DNA from: a virus
Taxonomy: Duplodnaviria; Heunggongvirae; Uroviricota; Caudoviricetes
Strand: one strand, 5' to 3'
Length of the DNA stretch: 64,000 nt
Virus record (IMG/VR): IMGVR_UViG_3300019776_000583
Span: 20,162-84,161 of that record
The notes beneath the pieces are model-generated. The model was given only the letters and a program-made list of their open reading frames with translations. It was not told the origin of the DNA and did no database searches. How positions within the stretch are numbered: position 1 is the stretch's first letter; every line of letters begins with the position of its first letter. The translations under genes were made by a program, and so were the position numbers. This document shows, piece after piece, positions 18,677-28,169 of this stretch.

Positions 18677-20302
18677 ATGCCGACGATTGTCGTGAAGGCA
18701 TTCGGCGGCATGAGGCCCATTCTGGAGCCTCAGCTGCTGGACCCGTCGGAGTCGCAGGTGGCGCAGAACGTGCGCCTGATCAGTGGTGCCATCGCCCCGC
18801 TGCGAGGCGCGACCACCATGCGCGCAGCCTCCATCGCATCTCCGCAGACCATCTGGCGGTTCGGCGACAGCGCGACCGAGAATGAATGGTGGCTCGAGTT
18901 CGCAGGCCGCGTCGACGTCATCCGATCGCCCATCCCATCCGACCCGTGGGGCAGAACCTACTGGTCCGACGGCGCGACCGCGAAGTACGCCCCAAGCTCC
19001 GTCCTCCTCTCTGGTGGTGGCACACTGCCTGGGGCAAGCTACACGCTCGGCGTGCCGGCCCCAACGGTGGCCCCAACCGTCTCTGGCACCGCCAGCACGG
19101 CGTCCACATCGGAGACGCGGTCCTACGTCTACACCTACGTGTCGGCATACGGCGAGGAGGGGCCCCCATCGCCGCCGTCGGCGCCTCAGTCGCTGGACCC
19201 CACTGCCGCGGTGACGCTGAGTGCGATGCAGACCGGGCCATCGGGCTCGTACAACATCACCCTCAAGCGCATCTATCGCACGTCCACCGTCGGCTCGACG
19301 GCGCAGTTCCAGTACGTCACCGAGATCCCGGTGGCCACGGTCAGTCACGTCGACACCAAGAGCCAAGCCCTCCTTGGCGAGGTGCTCGCTACAGAGGACT
19401 GGAGCCCGCCCCCTTCAGGCCTTACGGGCCTGAAGATGCTCGCCAATGGCGGTGCGATTGGATTCGTCGGCAACACCGTCTACACCACCGAGCCCAACCT
19501 GCCTCACGCATGGGCCCACTCGACAGCCATCGAGGAGAAGATCGTCGGCCTTGGCGTGTTTCGCCAGGGTGCCGTGCTGCTCACGAACGGATACCCCTAC
19601 ATCTACACCGGGGCGGACCCGTCGGCCATGACGCCGGAGCGCCTGGAGAGGCCCCTTGCCCTGATGTCAAGGGCGAGCATCGTCGATACCGGAGATGGCT
19701 GCCTGTACGCATCCTCCGACGGCCTGGCATCGGTTGGGTCTGGAGGCGGCGAGATCGTCACCAAGGCCCTCATCAGCCCGGAGCAGTGGCGCGCGTACAA
19801 CCCGTCTTCGATGGTGGCCGCGGTGATCGACGGCCGATACCACTGCCTGTACACAAACACGAGCGGCGTGCGCGGCATGCTGATCTTCGACTTTGATGGT
19901 GGCGGCGCCAAGTTCACAAGCTGCGACTTCAATACCGCGGCTGCAGTCTCTGCGCTGTACCCAGACCCGCGCACTGGCACGTTGTACATGGTGCAGTCGG
20001 GCAACATTATCAGGTTCGATCGAGGAGCCTCTTTGACGGCCACCTGGCGCAGCGGCATCTACCGCCTCGCGTCGCCGGCCAACATGTCGTGCTTCGCAGT
20101 TGATGCGGCAGCCTACCCCGTGACGCTGAAGGTCTACGCCGACGGCGCCTTGGTGCACACGGCAAGCGTCGCATCTCGCCTTGCTGCGCGCCTGCCTGCC
20201 GGATTTGAGGCGACAGACTGGAGCTTCGAGCTCTCCGGGACCGCCAAGATCACGCGCATCGTCCTGGCGACGTCCATGTCGGAGCTGAAGGCTGTTTCGT
20301 GA
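18677..20302 (+). CDS. Tail tubular / nozzle protein candidate (541 aa)
   Basis: GGGAG Shine-Dalgarno. Position matches T7 gp11 / gp12-like genes. Confidence 0.5.
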   Translation: MPTIVVKAFGGMRPILEPQLLDPSESQVAQNVRLISGAIAPLRGATTMRAASIASPQTIWRFGDSATENEWWLEFAGRVDVIRSPIPSDPWGRTYWSDGATAKYAPSSVLLSGGGTLPGASYTLGVPAPTVAPTVSGTASTASTSETRSYVYTYVSAYGEEGPPSPPSAPQSLDPTAAVTLSAMQTGPSGSYNITLKRIYRTSTVGSTAQFQYVTEIPVATVSHVDTKSQALLGEVLATEDWSPPPSGLTGLKMLANGGAIGFVGNTVYTTEPNLPHAWAHSTAIEEKIVGLGVFRQGAVLLTNGYPYIYTGADPSAMTPERLERPLALMSRASIVDTGDGCLYASSDGLASVGSGGGEIVTKALISPEQWRAYNPSSMVAAVIDGRYHCLYTNTSGVRGMLIFDFDGGGAKFTSCDFNTAAAVSALYPDPRTGTLYMVQSGNIIRFDRGASLTATWRSGIYRLASPANMSCFAVDAAAYPVTLKVYADGALVHTASVASRLAARLPAGFEATDWSFELSGTAKITRIVLATSMSELKAVS

Positions 20303-22959
20303 GCCGGTCGACCAAGGTCCCGTCACTTCCGTCCCCGACGCCCGCCAACTCACTGGAGTTCGCCAAGGCGGTGAAGGGCGTGCTCGACGTGAGAGAAGGC
20401 CTCGCTGGTGACCCCCTCGATGCCAACGTCACCCTGCGCGAGCTGGCCGATGGCGGGATCATCAGCGTGTCGCGCACCAGTACCGGCGGGATCGGATCAC
20501 TGCTCCCTGTTGGCGGCGGAGATGGCGCAAGCACCCTTCCCGACCTGACAACGCCTCCAGCACCGACGGGTCTTTCGGCATCCGGCGCTCTCACCAGCAT
20601 CACGCTGCAGTGGGACTCATGGCCGTACAGCAACCACGCCTTCACTGAGGTGTGGAGATCCGCTACAACCAGCTTCGGCGCAGCGGTGCTGATAGGCACG
20701 AGCTCGACGAGGTTCTACTCGGACGCGGTTGGAAGTACTGGCAAGACGTACTACTACTGGATTCGATTCAGGTCGATGGCGGATGTTCCTGGGCCTTACA
20801 ACTCGGTCAGCGGGACTCCAGCATCAAGCGGTCAGGACGTTGGCCTGCTGCTCTCGACGCTGAGCGGCCAGATCACGGAAACGCAGCTCTTCTCTTCGCT
20901 GAACACCCGCATCAACCTGATAGACGGCCCATCAACCACAACGGGCACGGTGGCGGCTCGAGTCAAGACAGAAACGGATGCCCGCGTTGCCGCGCTGACG
21001 GCAGAGGCTGGGTACAGATCGTCAGGTGATGCGACCACCTTGGCCAGCGCTCAGACTTACGCTCAGACATGGTCCTACAGCAAGTCGACCGTGGACAGCG
21101 CAATCGCTGCTCAGGGGACGTCGCTGACGACGGCCTTCACCAACGCTGACGCGACAAACCTTACCAGCGCCAATACCTACACTGCGACATACGCCTACAG
21201 CAAGTCTGCGGTCGATAGCTCACTCAGCTCTTTGAATACATCAATCCGCGCCGACTTTGCTGCCGCGGATAGCACCACTCTTGCATCGGCCAATTCATTT
21301 ACCTACAGCCGGGCGACCATCGATGGGGCAATCTCATCGAGCGCCTCCACTCTGACGGCCGCGTATCAGGCGGCCGATAGCACCACACTGACGTCGGCGA
21401 AGAACTACACCGAAAGCTATGCCTATTCAGCATCCGCCGGATCCGCCACAGCCGGCAATGTCAGCACCCTCACCGCCAGGCTCAACAACTTCAACGGGTC
21501 AGGTGTAAGTGTAGAGACCAGCACATCCGCCACAGCGAGCACTGCAAACGGCCTGGCCGGCCTGTACTCGGTGAAGATGGACCTCAACGGTTTCGTCAGC
21601 GGATTCGGTCTCCAGTCAAGTCTGATTACTGGCGGAACCCCGACCAGTACATTCATCGTCAACGTCGACAAATTTGCTTTGACGACGCCCACCTCGTCGG
21701 TAGCAAACTGGTCTGCATCGACGGCCATCGCACTGAATGCGGTGCGAGGGATCTCGGGCGTCAACGACAAGCTGTTGGTGTGCAAGGTTGCAGGAACGAC
21801 TGGAGGCAGCGCTCCATCGATAGCAGGTAGCGTCGGCACTCGCGTGATCGACGGCGGCGTGACCTGGCAGATCGGTAGCCGCGTTCCGTTCTCGTCCCTC
21901 ACCGTCCCTACGTCGATCAACGGAGCGACCGTCCCCGCTGGCACCTACATTGATGGCGCATACATACTCAACGCCACCATCAACAGTGCCCAGATCGGCA
22001 GCCTTGCTGCCGACAAGATCACGGCCGGCTACACCACCAGCGTAGACCTAGAGAGCGGCGTCTTTGCCGGCTCTGAGTTCTACATCGGAGGCACTGTCAC
22101 CTACGAGTACAGTGACGCAACGGCCCCGACAAAGAAGACAGGCATCGCGAGCGTCTCCAGCCCGAACGTCGCACTGAACACTTCCGGCGCCCTGTTCAAC
22201 TCTGCGTACTTCAAGATTTACAACGGGTCGACTTACGAGACCCCATTCGAGGTCGTCGGCGGTGCCGTCAAGATCAAGAACGCATACATTCAGGATGCGT
22301 CGATCACGACGGCCAAGATCAGCGACACGATTCAGTCGACGAACTACAGTTCATCTGCTGGATGGCAGATCAACAAGAGCGGCACAGCGACGTTCAACCA
22401 AGTCTCGGTGAGGGGGGAGCTCAACGTCGGGGCCATGACTGGTTGGGCATGGCCCGCGGCTGGCCAGTCTGGCGCCCACCTTGGCCCCAACGGCCTGTTG
22501 ATCGGAAACGCCAACGACAACAGGTACTTCTATGTCAACGTAAACGGAGACATATCGGCCCCTGGGCTCACGATCTCAGCTGGATCTGCGTCGTTCAGCG
22601 GGACCCTTTCCGCAAACATCGTCAACACCAATCAGATCGTTGGCGGAGCCACTTCGGTTGGGGCGTCGGCCACATCTGCAGGGGCGTCAGTGAGCGTGAC
22701 GGTCAGCGTTCCTGCTGGCGCATCGGCGATCCTGATCGAATACTTCCTTGGGCCTGACACGGTGACATACACAGGAGGAGGCGGCAAGGATGGCGGTGGC
22801 GGCTACACCTATGGTCCGATCATCGCAGGACTGACAGACAACGGATCCACGACTGGGGCGATCATCATCTCTCCATCCGCTGGCAACCATACGATCACCC
22901 TCTCTCGGTCTTACTACACCGGAACAATGCGCCTTGGCGTCATGGTCCTCAAGCGATGA
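20299..22959 (+). CDS. Large tail protein (886 aa) with an FN3-like domain and tandem fibre repeats
   Basis: GTG start overlaps the upstream stop. FN3-like segment LQWDSWPYSNHAFTEVWRS...YYYWIRF. About 7 tandem repeats (DATTLASAQTYAQTWSYSKSTVDSAI...). Confidence 0.6.
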   Translation: MSRSTKVPSLPSPTPANSLEFAKAVKGVLDVREGLAGDPLDANVTLRELADGGIISVSRTSTGGIGSLLPVGGGDGASTLPDLTTPPAPTGLSASGALTSITLQWDSWPYSNHAFTEVWRSATTSFGAAVLIGTSSTRFYSDAVGSTGKTYYYWIRFRSMADVPGPYNSVSGTPASSGQDVGLLLSTLSGQITETQLFSSLNTRINLIDGPSTTTGTVAARVKTETDARVAALTAEAGYRSSGDATTLASAQTYAQTWSYSKSTVDSAIAAQGTSLTTAFTNADATNLTSANTYTATYAYSKSAVDSSLSSLNTSIRADFAAADSTTLASANSFTYSRATIDGAISSSASTLTAAYQAADSTTLTSAKNYTESYAYSASAGSATAGNVSTLTARLNNFNGSGVSVETSTSATASTANGLAGLYSVKMDLNGFVSGFGLQSSLITGGTPTSTFIVNVDKFALTTPTSSVANWSASTAIALNAVRGISGVNDKLLVCKVAGTTGGSAPSIAGSVGTRVIDGGVTWQIGSRVPFSSLTVPTSINGATVPAGTYIDGAYILNATINSAQIGSLAADKITAGYTTSVDLESGVFAGSEFYIGGTVTYEYSDATAPTKKTGIASVSSPNVALNTSGALFNSAYFKIYNGSTYETPFEVVGGAVKIKNAYIQDASITTAKISDTIQSTNYSSSAGWQINKSGTATFNQVSVRGELNVGAMTGWAWPAAGQSGAHLGPNGLLIGNANDNRYFYVNVNGDISAPGLTISAGSASFSGTLSANIVNTNQIVGGATSVGASATSAGASVSVTVSVPAGASAILIEYFLGPDTVTYTGGGGKDGGGGYTYGPIIAGLTDNGSTTGAIIISPSAGNHTITLSRSYYTGTMRLGVMVLKR
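21020..21500 (+). repeat. Tandem degenerate amino-acid repeats of about 25-30 aa (tail-fibre collar-like) inside the 886-aa tail protein
   Basis: Repeating xADxTTLxSAxxYxxxYAYSKSxVDSxI units visible in the translation. Confidence 0.6.
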
Positions 22960-23345
22960 AGCACTTTGTCATTCACAACGCCGCAGGAGAAATCTTGCGC
23001 TCCGGCATCTGCCAGAATGAGACGTTTGATCTGCAGGCCAATGGTCCCGATGAGTTCGTCATTGAGGCCCAGGCAGACCCAGAGACAGACGCGGTAGATC
23101 CGGCGACCGGGGAGGTTGTCGTCAGCGGAAAGCCGCCGCCTCCGATCGACATGGATTACCGCAAGGCTCGACTGGATGCGTACCCCGGAATCAACGAGCA
23201 GCTCGACATGCTGTGGCATGCGATGGACCGCAACGAGATGGTCAAAGCCGAGCCCTTCTACAGCCGGATCAAGGCCGTCAAGGACTCCTACCCGAAGGAC
23301 AACTCTGTCGCTCCTGGTTCCGTGATCATCTACCAGATGGAGTGA
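22956..23345 (+). CDS. Tail-fibre-assembly / chaperone-like protein candidate (129 aa)
   Basis: ATGA overlap with the upstream gene. Position downstream of the fibre gene. Confidence 0.4.
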   Translation: MKHFVIHNAAGEILRSGICQNETFDLQANGPDEFVIEAQADPETDAVDPATGEVVVSGKPPPPIDMDYRKARLDAYPGINEQLDMLWHAMDRNEMVKAEPFYSRIKAVKDSYPKDNSVAPGSVIIYQME

Positions 23346-23366
23346 ACCTTGACTACACCAAGGCGC

Positions 23367-23876
23367 ATGTGGAGAGCGGAGAACAACAAGTCCGCAAGAG
23401 TCGAAGAGATGGATTGCTTTGGCTGGAGGGTGCACCGTCACGTGCTGCCGGTCGGGTCGTGCATGGTCGTTGTTGCGACTCACCAGATCGATCGATCGGA
23501 GGCTCCGAACAAGGCTCTCTATGTGAGGGGGCGTGGCGTCGTCACCAACAGCCTCGGCGGACAGTTCGACGACCGAACTCCGGGCCTGTTCACGGGGGCA
23601 AGGCCTGACCATCCGGCCGGAACAACAAGGATCCTTGCCGCCGAGGAGCTTGAGTTCTGGTGCTTCAACTGGCACGCGAACCGCGGCGCGCTGCCGGACG
23701 CTGAACCCCTGATCGCCATGAACGCGGAGCCGGTTGAACTGGCGGCCGGCCAGCGCGTCCTACTCTGCGCCGGCTCGCTTGGGCCGCACTCCGTTGGCCC
23801 TTTCGTTGCGACTGGCGAGCCGCTCGTGGCGGCCGGCGACGTGTACGGATTTCTGATTGGAGCGGATCGTGGGTAA
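23367..23876 (+). CDS. Hypothetical protein (169 aa)
   Basis: ORF with moderate GC3 bias. Start uncertain (TTG at 23349 or ATG at 23367). Confidence 0.4.
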   Translation: MWRAENNKSARVEEMDCFGWRVHRHVLPVGSCMVVVATHQIDRSEAPNKALYVRGRGVVTNSLGGQFDDRTPGLFTGARPDHPAGTTRILAAEELEFWCFNWHANRGALPDAEPLIAMNAEPVELAAGQRVLLCAGSLGPHSVGPFVATGEPLVAAGDVYGFLIGADRG

Positions 23877-23889
23877 GCAGCCTCTGTGG

Positions 23890-24603
23890 ATGATCTCTGT
23901 TGGCCACCTGGTGGGCCTGGCCGCCATCGTCGCCGGGCTGACTCTCGTCGCCACCGGAACCTCCAGCGCCTGGTGGCTACTCCTGTGGCCAGCGTTCCAT
24001 GTGCTGGGGTCGCTGATGCTGTCGGTTGGCCTGCACAGGTATTTCTCGCACGGCGCGTTCAAGACGACGAGTGCCTGGCACAACTTCATGGCCTTCTACA
24101 GCGTGCTGCTACTCAACGGCAGCCCGCACGGTTGGGCGGCGGCGCACAACACGCACCACGCGCACTCCGACACTGACCGCGACCCGCACATGGCCGGCTT
24201 GAGCTACCTGGCCTGGAAGCGCTACCGCGATGTCCCCATGGTGAGCCGAGGCGTGCGGCGCCTGGCCGGCGACAGGACGCTCGCATTTGTGCATCGCAAC
24301 GGCCTGTGGCTCTGGGTTGGATTCACGGCGTTGGCCCTGGCCATCTCCCCCGAGGCCTACCTATTTGGCTACCTGATGCCGCTTGGCAGCGTCCACCTGA
24401 TCGGTGCTCTTCACCAGGTCACGAGCCACTCCGGGGGATCTGCGCGCGACATCTGGTGGCTCGAGCTGCTGCTTCCGGCTTGCGGCGAGTGGCTTCACAA
24501 GACCCACCACGACCACCCAGGCCGAGCTGACTACCGCACGAAGTGGTGGCACCTGGACCTGGGCGCGCTCTTCATCAACGCGATTCGCACGGATAGGCGC
24601 TGA
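23890..24603 (+). CDS. Membrane fatty-acid desaturase / hydroxylase-superfamily protein (three His-boxes); candidate lysogenic-conversion moron
   Basis: Hydrophobic N-terminal helices. His-boxes HRYFSH (HxxxxH), HNTHHAH (HxxHH) and HKTHHDH (HxxHH). A GC-rich hairpin and promoter-like sequence lie downstream. Start uncertain: TTG 23857, GTG 23869 or ATG 23890. Confidence 0.65.
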   Translation: MISVGHLVGLAAIVAGLTLVATGTSSAWWLLLWPAFHVLGSLMLSVGLHRYFSHGAFKTTSAWHNFMAFYSVLLLNGSPHGWAAAHNTHHAHSDTDRDPHMAGLSYLAWKRYRDVPMVSRGVRRLAGDRTLAFVHRNGLWLWVGFTALALAISPEAYLFGYLMPLGSVHLIGALHQVTSHSGGSARDIWWLELLLPACGEWLHKTHHDHPGRADYRTKWWHLDLGALFINAIRTDRR

Positions 24604-24756
24604 CAAGACAAGCGGCTTCGTTGGCCGCTCAACGCTTCCGAGAAGAAGGTCTACAGGCTCGCGCGGGGCGCCCCCGCGTCCGTGGAATTGGCCTTCGTGT
24701 GCCGGGCTCGCTGACTAGAATCGGCGGCCAGTCAAGGCTCCGCAAGGCTCATCCGC

Positions 24757-25371
24757 ATGACCCAGTTTCTGAACGCCGCTGAAGACAATTCGGGCCCTAG
24801 CCCAGAGGCAGCTGCGCCAGATGATGTCGCCGCGACCGGCGAAAAGTTTCCTCTCGCTGCGCTGCCTGCGTTCGAGAACACCGCGTTTGCGCCGGACATC
24901 CCTTACGAGCTGACCTACGAGCAATTCGAGGCGCTGCCGGTTTCTGAGCAGTGCTTGCGGGCGAGGGCTTTGATCCTTGGTCTCCAGGAGTGGATCTGCG
25001 AGCAGGATGGTTCCTTCGGGGCCGATGCAATCACGCCCATCCATCGATTCACGCGAGGCGGCATGTACTGCCGCGAGTTGACGATGCCAGCTGGCCTCCT
25101 GATCGTCGGAAAGCGGCACTCGAAAGAGCACCTGGTTGTCATGACAAAGGGCGCATGCACACTCTTCACTGAGCGCGGTCGAGAGGAGTTGTCGGGTTCC
25201 ACAACATTCATCTCTCCGGCCGGAGAGAAGCGTGTTCTCGTCATTCACGAAGAGACAACCTGGCTGACTGTGCATTCCACGCCCTATACAGACCCCGCAC
25301 TTGTTGAGCTGGACATCACCATTCCCGAGGTGCGCGACGTTGCGCGCCGCAATATCCTGGAGGCGCCATGA
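24757..25371 (+). CDS. Hypothetical protein (204 aa)
   Basis: ORF with GC3 bias, preceded by a 153-bp intergenic region with a promoter-like TTGGCC...TAGAAT. Confidence 0.5.
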   Translation: MTQFLNAAEDNSGPSPEAAAPDDVAATGEKFPLAALPAFENTAFAPDIPYELTYEQFEALPVSEQCLRARALILGLQEWICEQDGSFGADAITPIHRFTRGGMYCRELTMPAGLLIVGKRHSKEHLVVMTKGACTLFTERGREELSGSTTFISPAGEKRVLVIHEETTWLTVHSTPYTDPALVELDITIPEVRDVARRNILEAP

Positions 25372-26330
25372 CGCTGGTTTATGTAGGCATTGGCAGCGCG
25401 GTTATCGGAGCCGCCGGAACCGCTTACGCATCGAACAAGGCCGCCAAGACCGGCAAGGCCGGCATAGACGCACAGCGCGAAATGGCCAGCGAAGCCAACG
25501 CACTGAGCAAGGAACAGTTCGACTGGAATAAGTGGGTGTACGAGAACGACATCGCCCCGGCCAACAAGGCCAACCAGGAGATGCAGTTCCTCATTGCCGA
25601 GGACTACCTCGACACCTCGAAGACCAACAAGGACTTCGCGAACGAGCAGCGCGACGAGTACAGGAAGACCTACCTTCCGAACGAACGTCGCGTGGCCGAT
25701 GAGGCCGCCAACTACGACTCGAGCGAGAACGTAGGCCGGCGTAGCGGCATGGCAGCAGCTAACGTCAACCAGCAGTTCAGCAACGCCATTGGTCAGCGCA
25801 CGCGCGCTCTAGGCCGCTACGGCCTGACCTCCACGGCTGGCGGCAATCAAGTTGCGAAAGACTCATTGGCTCAGGCTGCTACCGCCAGCGGCGCGGCCAC
25901 TGGAGCGGCCTTTGACACCCAAGACAAGGCAATCTCCCTTCGCAGCGGAGTGGCCAACTTTGGCCGCAACATGCCAAACACTGCCGCACAAGCCAATGCC
26001 ACAGGCAACGCTGCGAATGGTGGCGCATCTTCCACGAGCCAGCTCTCAGCCAATGCAGCCGGAGCTGGCGCATCGTTCATGAACGGCGCTTACAACAACC
26101 GGGTCGGCGGCATGAACTACTACGGCAACGTGATGGGCGCCACTGGAGCTCGTGAGTCCGCGCTGTGGGGAAACGTCGCCCAGGGCTTGGGAAATCTGAC
26201 TGGGTCCATCGTTCAGGGCAACGGCGGGTGGGGGGCAATGGGAAGCAAGATCGGCGGCATGTTCGGTGGCGGCGGCATGGACACCGGCAACTACATGCCG
26301 GCCGGTGAGTACATCGGAGGGGGGATCTGA
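25368..26330 (+). CDS. Internal virion (ejection) protein candidate with an N-terminal transmembrane helix (320 aa, Gly/Ala/Asn-rich)
   Basis: ATGA overlap with the upstream gene. N-terminal TM helix LVYVGIGSAVIGAAGTAYA. Position matches T7 gp13 / gp14. Confidence 0.55.
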   Translation: MTLVYVGIGSAVIGAAGTAYASNKAAKTGKAGIDAQREMASEANALSKEQFDWNKWVYENDIAPANKANQEMQFLIAEDYLDTSKTNKDFANEQRDEYRKTYLPNERRVADEAANYDSSENVGRRSGMAAANVNQQFSNAIGQRTRALGRYGLTSTAGGNQVAKDSLAQAATASGAATGAAFDTQDKAISLRSGVANFGRNMPNTAAQANATGNAANGGASSTSQLSANAAGAGASFMNGAYNNRVGGMNYYGNVMGATGARESALWGNVAQGLGNLTGSIVQGNGGWGAMGSKIGGMFGGGGMDTGNYMPAGEYIGGGI

Positions 26331-28135
26331 TGAGCTTCGGACTACTGGCTGGCATCGCCGGCGCATTCCCCGCCATTCAGCGAGGCATGGACGATCAGAA
26401 AGCTCGCGACCAGGCCGACGAGGACCGCAAGTTCCAGCTCGAGCAGCGCGAGGCCGCGAAGGCTGATCGCGCCTTCGGGCTGCAGCAGCGGGACCGCCAG
26501 GTTGCTGAGCAGAACCGCCAGGACAACCTCAACCGCGAACTGGCTGCGGTGCCGCAGACGCGCGAGATCGAAGTCACCAAAGACCAGCTCAACGAGGACT
26601 CTGCAGGCAACACCTGGATGGCTCCGACCAAGGTCAAGTCAACCGTCGCTGCGCCCGAGTGGGTCAAGTTCAAGTCCACCGCTGAAGTGCTTCGCAGGAA
26701 CCAGGAGTTTGAGAAGGCTGACGCCTACGAGGCGATGTCCAAGAAGGCTCAGTTCGCCGACTCGGCCCAGCGATTCCATCGCCTCAAGTCCGGCGCCGCT
26801 GGAATGTCACTCGAGCAGCTCGCCAAGGCCGCCTCCGACATCTACAACAACGACCCCCTCCCGGCGCAAATTGAGAGCGCGACGCCGGTCGCCGGCGGCA
26901 TGCAAATCACCGTCAGGAACAAGGACACCGGCGTGTCGGACAGCATGGTCGTCAAAGACCAGGCCGAACTGCTTCAACGCCTGGAGGCCTACTACAGCCC
27001 CGACACCTACGCGAACTACCTGCAACTGCAGGACAAGAGAGCAGCTGAGCTCGCTAAGCCTCGGAAGCTGGCTCCTGGGGAGATTGAGGTTGTGGGTGCT
27101 GCGCCTGGGCGCAACAACAACCCCACGGCCGCTCAAGTGCGGGCTGCTGCGGGCGGTGCTGGCGGTGGCGCCGGTGCTGGAAAGATGCCGGCAACGGTGT
27201 ACGACCAGGCTCGCAACATGATGAACGATTCTTTCGGCAAGAACGACACACCAGCACAGGTGCGCTCCGATGCCGAGAACTACCTCGATCGAGTTGTAAG
27301 GACCAATCCTGGTATTTCAGCCGCGCGCGCACAACGCATCGCTATCGCAGGCGCTTTGGACCCGTCCAAGCACACCCCCCACTTCAACCCGGCCACTGGT
27401 CAGATCGACATTGCTGTCGTCGATGATGACAAGAAGCCATACACGATTACTCCGAATGCATTCTCACCGGAGGAGGTTGCATCTCCGGAGTTCAAGAAGC
27501 GGTTTCCTCAGGCTGACATAAAGGCAACCGCCGAAGGCCTTATCAGGGCGACGGCGGGCGGCGACAAGGACAAGGAGCGGGCCATTCGTTCTGCCGCATT
27601 CGACCCGGCTGCGCAGAAGAAGTTCTTCGATGAAGCCCAGGCGGAGGCTGACAAGGCCGTTGCCGAGGCCCTTGCAAAGAACGCCAAGCTGCCAAAGCCA
27701 GAGCCCGAGGAGGCCATCAGGGCTCGTGCGCAGGCCGGCATGGAGGAGTGGTCTGGAAACATGCGGCGCAAGCTGGACTTGGTGTCCAAATTTGCCGACC
27801 CGCCGAAGGTTGAGGCCCCCAAGAAGGCCCCGCCGTCGCCAAGGCCCGCAAATGACTTCGGCCTTGGCGCCACAAGACCGATCGATCAGCAGTCCTATTT
27901 TGGCCTGAGCACTTTCCAGGCCAACGAGCTGGCAGCTCGACAGGCGAGAGATGCGCGCGCAGCGATGCCGCCGCGAGCCTCTGTCGACCGAGCCGCGGCC
28001 GACAGAGATCCAGACATCACCCGGCTTCGCCGTGAAGTGCAGGGCGCACTGCGCGCCGGCAAGTCCGTCGAGGCCAACAACAAACTCGCCGAGATAAAGC
28101 GCATCGAGCAAGAGCGCCACACGCGCGTCCAGTGA
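26330..28135 (+). CDS. Internal virion (ejection) protein candidate (601 aa)
   Basis: TGATG start/stop overlap. Position just before the giant SLT-containing protein, as for T7 gp15. Confidence 0.55.
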   Translation: MSFGLLAGIAGAFPAIQRGMDDQKARDQADEDRKFQLEQREAAKADRAFGLQQRDRQVAEQNRQDNLNRELAAVPQTREIEVTKDQLNEDSAGNTWMAPTKVKSTVAAPEWVKFKSTAEVLRRNQEFEKADAYEAMSKKAQFADSAQRFHRLKSGAAGMSLEQLAKAASDIYNNDPLPAQIESATPVAGGMQITVRNKDTGVSDSMVVKDQAELLQRLEAYYSPDTYANYLQLQDKRAAELAKPRKLAPGEIEVVGAAPGRNNNPTAAQVRAAAGGAGGGAGAGKMPATVYDQARNMMNDSFGKNDTPAQVRSDAENYLDRVVRTNPGISAARAQRIAIAGALDPSKHTPHFNPATGQIDIAVVDDDKKPYTITPNAFSPEEVASPEFKKRFPQADIKATAEGLIRATAGGDKDKERAIRSAAFDPAAQKKFFDEAQAEADKAVAEALAKNAKLPKPEPEEAIRARAQAGMEEWSGNMRRKLDLVSKFADPPKVEAPKKAPPSPRPANDFGLGATRPIDQQSYFGLSTFQANELAARQARDARAAMPPRASVDRAAADRDPDITRLRREVQGALRAGKSVEANNKLAEIKRIEQERHTRVQ

Positions 28136-28169
28136 TGCTCCAACCGCATGCGACTGAAAGAATCGACGA

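Noticed and set aside
3869-22959. Diversity-generating retroelement (BPP-1-like TR/VR plus reverse transcriptase) in the fibre genes
   Set aside because: No reverse-transcriptase motifs (YxDD, QGxxxSP) were found in any ORF, and no TR/VR-like near-repeat pair at the fibre 3' ends.
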